A stretch of DNA of 47,897 nt from Thauera sp. (GTDB taxonomy: Bacteria > Pseudomonadota > Gammaproteobacteria > Burkholderiales > Rhodocyclaceae): the NCBI GenBank assembly GCA_040275625.1, contig JBEOKH010000291.1:1-47897 (forward strand), read 5' to 3'. The position numbers and the translations under genes are program-made. This document shows, piece by piece, positions 41,318-47,897 of this stretch (the first letter of the stretch is position 1; each line of letters opens with the position of its first letter). Under the pieces are notes generated by a model that worked only from the letters and a program-made list of their open reading frames with translations, had not been told where the DNA came from and ran no database searches.

Positions 41318-42330
41318 GCCTTCACCTCATTCATGCTCGCCATTCGTTCGGTAATCCGCTCGATAAGCCGGTTCGAGGCCGCCTCGGCAGCACGCGAGAG
41401 CGCATTGCCGAAGGCGAGCACGTCAGCCGAGCCGTGGCTCTTGAGCACCACCCCGCGCAGGCCGAGCAGTGGCGCGCCGTTGTAGAGCCTGTGATCGACC
41501 CGCTTCTTGAAACGATTGATCACCGGCATCGCCACCACCGCAATCAAGCGGGTGAGCAGCGTACGCTTGAACTCCTGCTTCAGGAAGACGCCGATCATCT
41601 GCGCCAGGCCCTCGGAAGTCTTCAGCGCCACGTTGCCGACGAAGCCGTCGCAGACGACGACGTCGACCGTACCCTCGTAGATGTCGTTACCCTCGACATT
41701 GCCCTGGAAGTTGAGCCCGCTGTTGCGCAGCAGCTCACCAGCCTCCTTGACCACGTCGTTGCCCTTGATGACTTCCTCGCCGATGTTGAGCAGGCCGACG
41801 GTGGGCCGCTCCTTGTGCTCGATCGCCGCCACCAGCATCGCGCCCATCACGCCGAACTGGAGCAGGTGCTGGGCGCTGCAATCGACGTTCGCGCCGAGAT
41901 CGAGAACGTAGGTGTGACCCTTCTGCGAGGGCAGCACGGTGGCGATCGCCGGCCGGTCGATACCGGGCAGGGTCTTGAGGACGAAGCGCGAGATTGCCAT
42001 CAGCGCACCGGTATTGCCGGCCGAGACCGCAGCATCCGCCTCACCCGCCTTGACGAGGTCGATCGCGACCCGCATTGACGAGTCTTTCTTGTTGCGCATG
42101 GCAATCGCAGGCGGATCGTCCATGGCCACCACCTCGGAAGCAGCGCGCAGCCGCAGCCGCTCACCGAATTCGGTCGCCACTTTGGCAAGCAGAGGGCGAA
42201 TTGCCTCCTCCCGCCCGACGAGGATGGCATTGGCCTGGGGATGGCTGCGCAGAAACGCCAGCGCGGCTGGCACGGTCACGACCGGACCGTGATCGCCACC
42301 CATGCAGTCGATCGCAATGGTGACACCCAT
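41314..42330 (-). CDS. plsX: Phosphate acyltransferase PlsX
   Basis: [30 protein letters not shown]. Start is 42330 or 42336. Confidence 0.96.
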   Translation of the reverse strand: MGVTIAIDCMGGDHGPVVTVPAALAFLRSHPQANAILVGREEAIRPLLAKVATEFGERLRLRAASEVVAMDDPPAIAMRNKKDSSMRVAIDLVKAGEADAAVSAGNTGALMAISRFVLKTLPGIDRPAIATVLPSQKGHTYVLDLGANVDCSAQHLLQFGVMGAMLVAAIEHKERPTVGLLNIGEEVIKGNDVVKEAGELLRNSGLNFQGNVEGNDIYEGTVDVVVCDGFVGNVALKTSEGLAQMIGVFLKQEFKRTLLTRLIAVVAMPVINRFKKRVDHRLYNGAPLLGLRGVVLKSHGSADVLAFGNALSRAAEAASNRLIERITERMASMNEVKA

Positions 42331-42365
42331 CGGCATCTCGCGTGATTACAGGTTTTTCGGGCCGG

Positions 42366-42403
42366 AAAAAAGGCGGCGTCGGCGCAACGCGCCCGACGCC
42401 GCC
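42366..42403 (-). terminator. Intrinsic terminator between rpmF and plsX
   Basis: 11-bp GC stem GGCGGCGTCGG/CCGACGCCGCC followed by T6 on minus. Confidence 0.75.
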
Positions 42404-42425
42404 CTCCAGAATTCAGGCAGCAGAA

Positions 42426-42605
42426 TTACTCGCCCTTGCCTTTGGCGACCTTCTTGCCACGATAGAAGCCGCTCGGGCTGATGTGGTGGCGGAGGTGGGT
42501 CTCGCCGGTAGTCGGCTCGACGGCCAGCGCCGGGCCGGTGAGGAAGTCGTGCGCACGATGCATGCCACGCTTGGACGGGGACTTCTTGTTCTGTTGAACG
42601 GCCAT
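42426..42605 (-). CDS. rpmF: 50S ribosomal protein L32 (absent from the ORF track)
   Basis: [22 protein letters not shown]...[17 protein letters not shown]; AGGAG RBS. Confidence 0.97.
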   Translation of the reverse strand: MAVQQNKKSPSKRGMHRAHDFLTGPALAVEPTTGETHLRHHISPSGFYRGKKVAKGKGE

Positions 42606-42634
42606 GGATAAGACTCCTAAAACAATGATCGCGC

Positions 42635-43159
42635 CTATTTCGCGCTGTGACTGCCTCGCAGCGACGCAAGCGCAGCGAAAGGCGATTCTTTCGACGCACC
42701 GCCCGCGGGTTTCGGTGCATCACAAACCTGGTGTCGCGGGGCGATCGGCAGCGCGAGCAGGATCTCGTCCTCGACCAGCGCCGACACGTCGAGCTCGCCA
42801 TCGAGCTCGATCGCATCGACAGCGTCGTTCTCGAGCTCGTCCTCGGGGATCTGCTGTCCCGAACGCACCGGATGCATCTGCGTGCCGATTTTCACCGGCC
42901 ATGCCAGAGACCCCAGGCAGCGCTGACAGCAAAGCTGCAGCTCACCCGCCACTTCAAGCCGAAGCCGCGGCTCCGGCCCTTCAGCCCCGTCGACCATCGC
43001 CCCCTCGATCCGCCAGGCAACTTCCCCTACGGACGTCGCAAGCGCATCGGACAGGCGCAACAAATTTGCAGCGGCACTGACGCCCTCGAGCGAACGCGCC
43101 TCTGCGGCAAAACGGAACGGGTCGGAAATGATCCTCGACGGATCGCCATGTTGCGACAT
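42635..43159 (-). CDS. yceD: YceD/DUF177 family protein
   Basis: [23 protein letters not shown]; directly upstream of rpmF. Confidence 0.92.
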   Translation of the reverse strand: MSQHGDPSRIISDPFRFAAEARSLEGVSAAANLLRLSDALATSVGEVAWRIEGAMVDGAEGPEPRLRLEVAGELQLCCQRCLGSLAWPVKIGTQMHPVRSGQQIPEDELENDAVDAIELDGELDVSALVEDEILLALPIAPRHQVCDAPKPAGGASKESPFAALASLRGSHSAK

Positions 43160-43168
43160 AAGCCGTGC

Positions 43169-43198
43169 ATGATAATATTTTTGAAGATCACCTGTAAA
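43169..43198 (-). promoter_or_regulatory. Probable sigma-70 promoter of the yceD-rpmF-plsX-fab operon
   Basis: TTTACA-N18-TATCAT in an AT-rich patch. Confidence 0.5.
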
Positions 43199-43351
43199 GG
43201 CAAACCGATCGCATGACGCATCACGGGCATAGGCTCGCGCCTTGTGCCGCGCCTGCAGATTCGCAGGCACGCCGCACCACACCCCGGGAGCGGCCCACGC
43301 CGCCAACCCTCTGGCGACCCTCACCCCGAACCCCCACCCCCTCCAGCACCG

Positions 43352-43927
43352 ATGAAGATCGTCCTCGCCTCCACCTCCACCTACCGCAGGCTGCTGCTCG
43401 AGCGCCTGCAGCTGCCGTTCGAGACCGATCGCCCCGAGACCGATGAGACCGCGCTTGCCGGCGAGACGCCGTCCGCCACCGCCGAACGCCTGGCGCTCGA
43501 CAAGGCGCGCGCGGTGGCCACGCGCTGGCCCGATGCGCTGGTGATCGGATCCGACCAGGTCGCTCACCTCGGCGACGAGATCTTCGGCAAGCCCGGCACC
43601 GAAGCGCGCGCGATCGCGCAACTGCAGCGCATGCGCGGCCAGACCGTGGTGTTTCACACCGCGCTCGCGGTACTGAACACCCGCAGCGGTCGCGCCCAGG
43701 TCGCGGGCGTGCCGACCCGGGTGCGCTTTCGCGACCTGGACGATGACGCGATCCGCCGCTACGTCGAGCGCGAGCGCCCACTCGACTGCGCCGGCAGTGC
43801 CAAATCCGAAGGGCTCGGCATCGCGCTCCTCGAAGCGATGAGTGGCGACGACCCGACCGCACTGATCGGTCTGCCGCTGATCGCCTTGTCACGCATGCTG
43901 CGCGCGGAAGGGGTACAACTGCCGTGA
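43352..43927 (+). CDS. Maf family nucleotide pyrophosphatase (YceF-type)
   Basis: IVLASTSTYR, IGSDQV, GKPG, DCAGSAKSEGLG, LIGLPL. Confidence 0.92.
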   Translation: MKIVLASTSTYRRLLLERLQLPFETDRPETDETALAGETPSATAERLALDKARAVATRWPDALVIGSDQVAHLGDEIFGKPGTEARAIAQLQRMRGQTVVFHTALAVLNTRSGRAQVAGVPTRVRFRDLDDDAIRRYVERERPLDCAGSAKSEGLGIALLEAMSGDDPTALIGLPLIALSRMLRAEGVQLP

Positions 43928-44667
43928 GCGAAGCACAGCCGGCTGCACGCGGCACCCCCGGCGGCACGCTGTTCCTGGTCCCGGTCGCGCTCGGCGAGCA
44001 CACGCCCTGGACGCAGTTCCTGCCCGCGCAGGTGCAGGCGATCGCCGCCGGCCTCCGTCATTTCGTGGTCGAGAACGCCCGCGCCGCACGCGCCCACCTC
44101 AAGCAGCTCGAGTATCCGCACCCGCTGCGCGAGACCGACATCCGCGAACTGCCAGGCGACGCGGCCGATGAGGCACTCGATGCCCTGCTCGCCCCCGCGC
44201 TCGCGGGCGCGGACATCGGCCTCATGTCGGACGCCGGGTGCCCTGCGGTGGCCGACCCCGGCGCCCGCCTGGTGGCCCGCGCGCATGCGCTCGGCGTGCG
44301 CGTCGCGCCGCTGGTGGGACCGTCGTCGATCCTGCTCGGACTGATGGGCTCCGGCCTCAACGGCCAAAGCTTCGCCTTCCACGGCTACCTGCCGGTCGGC
44401 GACAGCGAGCGTGACGCCGCGCTGCGCGCACTCGAGGACGAATCGCGCAAGCTCGGGCGCACCCAGGTCTTCATCGAGACGCCCTACCGCAACGAGCGCA
44501 TGCTCGACGCCCTGCTGCGCGTACTCAAGCCGGAGTCCCGTATCTGCGTCGCGTGCGACCTCAACACCGGCGGCGAATACCTTCGCACCCTGCGCGTGCG
44601 CGAGTGGCGCAAGGCCGAGCGCCCCGCACTCGCCAGACGCCCAGCCCTGTTCCTGCTGCTCGCCTGA
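43924..44667 (+). CDS. SAM-dependent methyltransferase (RsmI-like, tetrapyrrole methylase fold)
   Basis: SDAGCPAVADPG, VGPSS, FHGYLP, FIETPYRN. Confidence 0.88.
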   Translation: MSEAQPAARGTPGGTLFLVPVALGEHTPWTQFLPAQVQAIAAGLRHFVVENARAARAHLKQLEYPHPLRETDIRELPGDAADEALDALLAPALAGADIGLMSDAGCPAVADPGARLVARAHALGVRVAPLVGPSSILLGLMGSGLNGQSFAFHGYLPVGDSERDAALRALEDESRKLGRTQVFIETPYRNERMLDALLRVLKPESRICVACDLNTGGEYLRTLRVREWRKAERPALARRPALFLLLA

Positions 44668-44685
44668 AGCCGCCTCGGCCGTCGC

Positions 44686-45342
44686 TCAGGCGTTGGCGAG
44701 CAGCCAGCTCGCCAGCTCGCGCGGCGTGTGCAGGCAGGCGAGCGGCGACTCGGCCTCGAGCGCCGCCAACGGATGCGCGCCGAAGGCCACTGCGAGCCCG
44801 GCAGTGCGCGCGTTCCTTGCCATCTGCAGGTCGTGGGTGGTGTCGCCGATCATCAGCGTGCGCTCCGGCGCTGCACCGAGCTCATCCATCAGCTCCTCCA
44901 GCATCGCCGGGTGCGGCTTCGAGAAGCACTCGTCGGCGCAGCGGGTGGCGTGGAAATAGCCCCCCAACCCGGTGTGGCCGAGCGCGCGGTCGAGGCCGAT
45001 CCGGCTCTTGCCGGTCGCCACCGCGAGCAGATGACCGCGGGCAGCGAGCGCGGCGATCAATTCGGCGATGCCGTCGAAGAGGCTCAGCTCGTGATCCGAG
45101 GACAGGTAATGATGCCGATAGCGCTCGACCATGCGCGGGTAGGACGCCTCGTCGAGATCGGGCACCGCGTGACGCAGCGCGTCGCCCAGGCCAAGGCCGA
45201 TCACGTAGCGCGCGCGCTCCTCGTGCAGCTCGGCAAGTCCGAGGTCGCGGGTGGCGGCCTGCATTGCGTGCACGATCGCGCCAGCCGAATCCATCAGGGT
45301 GCCGTCCCAGTCGAACACGATCAGGTCGAAACGCTCAGCCAT
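44686..45342 (-). CDS. HAD family hydrolase (phosphoglycolate phosphatase-like)
   Basis: FDWDGTL, ATGK, SKPHP, IGDTTHD. Confidence 0.9.
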   Translation of the reverse strand: MAERFDLIVFDWDGTLMDSAGAIVHAMQAATRDLGLAELHEERARYVIGLGLGDALRHAVPDLDEASYPRMVERYRHHYLSSDHELSLFDGIAELIAALAARGHLLAVATGKSRIGLDRALGHTGLGGYFHATRCADECFSKPHPAMLEELMDELGAAPERTLMIGDTTHDLQMARNARTAGLAVAFGAHPLAALEAESPLACLHTPRELASWLLANA

Positions 45343-46294
45343 GGCTTTTCTCCGCGGCGTCGAGCCGCTCGATGAAGGATCTCAGGTCGTCCGGCAGCGC
45401 CGACTCCAGGGCGAGCGCCTCGCCGGTGAGCGGATGCGCCAGGCGCAATTGCGCCGCATGCAGGAACATGCGTTTGAGCCCCTCGCCCTGAAGTCGCTTG
45501 TTGAGCGCGAAGTCGCCGTATTTGTCGTCGCCACAGAGCGGAAAGCCGAGGTGCGTGAGGTGCACGCGGATCTGATGCGTGCGCCCGGTCTTGAGTTCCA
45601 CCTCGAGCAGGCTGAACTCACGCCAGTGCCTGACCAGACGCACGATGCTGTGCGCCGCCTTGCCCTCCTCCGCGACACGCACACGGCGCTCACCCTCGGC
45701 GGTCAGGTATTTGTGCAGCGGCGCCTTGACGTGCTGCAGCGGATTCGACCAACGCCCGGGCACGAGGGTCAGGTAGCGCTTCTCGATCCTGCCCTCGCGC
45801 AGCATGTCGTGCAGCACGGTGAGTGCCGAACGCTTCTTGGCCACGATCAGCAGGCCCGAGGTCTCGCGGTCGAGTCGATGCGCAAGCTCGAGCATGCGCA
45901 GTTCGGGACGCTGCACGCGCAACTGCTCGATCACGCCGTAGCTCACCCCGCTACCCCCATGCACTGCCTTGCCCGAGGGCTTGTCGATGATCAGCAGCGC
46001 GTCGTCCTCGAATACCACCGGCAGCGGCTTGCCGACCGGCGCGGGCGCCGAGTGCGTCGGCTCGGCAACACGAAGCGGCGGAATGCGCACCTCGTCGCCC
46101 ACCTGCAGGCGGTAGGTCTGCTGCACACGGCGCCCGTTCACCCGCACCTCGCCGCTGCGCAGGATGCGATAGACGTGGCTCTTGGGCACGCCCTTGGCAA
46201 TCCGCACCAGGAAATTGTCGATGCGCTGACCCGCCGCCGCATCGTCGATGCGTTCGTGGCGGACCGCGATCGCTTTGCCTTCAATCATCGTCAT
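45335..46294 (-). CDS. rluC: 23S rRNA pseudouridine synthase RluC
   Basis: S4 domain GQRIDNFL, HRLDRETSG, GRTHQIRVH, FLHA; divergent from rne. Confidence 0.92.
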   Translation of the reverse strand: MTMIEGKAIAVRHERIDDAAAGQRIDNFLVRIAKGVPKSHVYRILRSGEVRVNGRRVQQTYRLQVGDEVRIPPLRVAEPTHSAPAPVGKPLPVVFEDDALLIIDKPSGKAVHGGSGVSYGVIEQLRVQRPELRMLELAHRLDRETSGLLIVAKKRSALTVLHDMLREGRIEKRYLTLVPGRWSNPLQHVKAPLHKYLTAEGERRVRVAEEGKAAHSIVRLVRHWREFSLLEVELKTGRTHQIRVHLTHLGFPLCGDDKYGDFALNKRLQGEGLKRMFLHAAQLRLAHPLTGEALALESALPDDLRSFIERLDAAEKSHG

Positions 46295-46738
46295 GAAATA
46301 TACTTCTCGGCGGTTAACCGGTCGTGGCCAGCCAAGTGCGGTGCACCAAGTTCCTGCAGGTCGAAACATCTGCCCCGGAACAAGCACGCAGACTGCTGGC
46401 AATGAGCCCTGAAGAGCGCTCCCGGTTGACCCTTGCCCGCCATCCAAGGCCGAAAAGGCGCCGATGGTAACGCAAGCGATCCCCTTCGACATACCCATCC
46501 AGCCCTCGGGTTGGATTTTGACGCGCAAGCCACACACGCAGGATCAAATGCTTCGGCCACGCAGCCCACACGGCACGACAGGCGGGAGCAAGAGAATTTC
46601 GACCAGCCGACCCATCACAGCCCGACCAACCCACCGGATGACATCAGCAGTCCTACCCAATCGCTCCTGATCCCGGAAAGCGCGATGGTGCGCGCCGTTC
46701 GTCCTGCCCGTGTGTCTTTTCGCGGGAGAACGATCCAA

Positions 46739-47897
46739 ATGAAGCGCATGCTTTTCAATGCGACGCAGGCCGAAGAACTGCGCGTCGCGATCGTGGACGG
46801 TCAGAAACTGATCGACCTCGATATCGAATCGGCCGCCAAGGAAGAACGCAAGAGCAACATCTACAAGGCGATCATCACCCGCATCGAGCCCAGCCTCGAA
46901 GCGGCGTTTGTCGACTACGGCGCCGAGCGCCACGGCTTCCTGCCGTTCAAGGAGATCTCGCGTTCGTACTTCCAGCCCGGCGTCGACGCCGGCAAGGCCT
47001 CCATCAAGGAAGCCCTGAAGGAAGGCCAGGAAATCATCGTTCAGGTCGAGAAGGATGAGCGCGGCAACAAGGGTGCGGCGCTCACCACCTACATCTCGCT
47101 CGCCGGCCGTTACCTGGTGCTGATGCCCAACAACCCGCGCGGCGGCGGCGTTTCGCGCCGCGTCGAGGGTGACGAGCGGGCCGAGCTGCGCGACGCCATG
47201 GACCAGCTCGACGTGCCGCAGGGCGTGAGCCTGATCGCACGCACCGCCGCGATCGGCCGCAGCGCCGAAGAGCTGCAGTGGGACCTCAACTACCTGATGC
47301 AGCTGTGGACCGCGATCGAGGGCGCAGCCCAGGGCCAGTCCGGCGCTTTCCTCATTTACCAGGAAGGCAGCCTGGTGATCCGCGCGATCCGTGACTACTT
47401 CCAGCCCGACATCGGCGAGATCCTGATCGACACCGATGACATCTTCGAGCAGGCCACGCAGTTCATGGCCCACGTCATGCCGGGCAACGTCGCGCGCGTG
47501 AAGCGCTACAGCGACGACGTGCCGCTGTTCTCGCGCTTCCAGATCGAGCACCAGATCGAATCGGCCTACTCGCGCCAGGTGACCCTGCCCTCCGGCGGCG
47601 CCGTGGTGATCGACCACACCGAGGCGCTGGTGTCGATCGACGTCAACTCGGGCCGCGCCACCAAGGGCTCGGACATCGAGGAAACCGCGTTCCGCACCAA
47701 CTGCGAGGCGGCCGACGAGATCGCCCGCCAGTTGCGCCTGCGCGACCTTGGCGGCCTGATCGTCATCGACTTCATCGACATGGAGGCCGCCAAGAACCAG
47801 CGCGAGGTGGAGAACCGCCTGCGCGACGCCCTGCGCCACGACCGCGCCCGCGTGCAGACCGGCAAGATCAGCCGCTTCGGCCTGCTCGAGCTGTCGC
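46739..47897 (+). CDS. rne: Ribonuclease E (5' part, truncated by the window end; absent from the ORF track)
   Basis: [58 protein letters not shown]. Confidence 0.97.
   Translation, partial: MKRMLFNATQAEELRVAIVDGQKLIDLDIESAAKEERKSNIYKAIITRIEPSLEAAFVDYGAERHGFLPFKEISRSYFQPGVDAGKASIKEALKEGQEIIVQVEKDERGNKGAALTTYISLAGRYLVLMPNNPRGGGVSRRVEGDERAELRDAMDQLDVPQGVSLIARTAAIGRSAEELQWDLNYLMQLWTAIEGAAQGQSGAFLIYQEGSLVIRAIRDYFQPDIGEILIDTDDIFEQATQFMAHVMPGNVARVKRYSDDVPLFSRFQIEHQIESAYSRQVTLPSGGAVVIDHTEALVSIDVNSGRATKGSDIEETAFRTNCEAADEIARQLRLRDLGGLIVIDFIDMEAAKNQREVENRLRDALRHDRARVQTGKISRFGLLELS

Overview
GC-rich betaproteobacterial chromosome segment; gene order and composition suggest Rhodocyclales (Thauera/Azoarcus-like), which is my inference. 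The right part (about 20.3-47.9 kb) is conserved housekeeping: uvrC, nagZ, acpS, pdxJ, recO, era, rnc, lepB, lepA, degP/mucD, rseC/B/A, rpoE, nadB, fabF-acpP-fabG-fabD-fabH-plsX-rpmF-yceD, maf, rluC and the 5' part of rne. The left part (about 0.3-20.2 kb) looks accessory and holds three modules. (1) A TonB receptor / NitT-TauT ABC transporter / NnrS operon with Fur and FNR-like boxes; its binding-protein gene has an in-frame TAG. (2) A candidate sulfide-responsive respiratory regulon: a FisR-like sigma-54 activator sits between two sigma-54 promoters that share a palindromic upstream motif. One promoter precedes an orphan Rieske gene; the other precedes cydP-cydA-cydB-cydX-ybgE, followed by a Tat-signal type II SQR and a small membrane protein. 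(3) An uncharacterised gene pair encoding a HEAT-like protein and an HExxHxxGxxH zinc metalloprotease. GTAG-family REP elements occur at three loci. I found no rRNA, tRNA, CRISPR array or transposase. All calls come from reading motifs by eye; no database searches were run.
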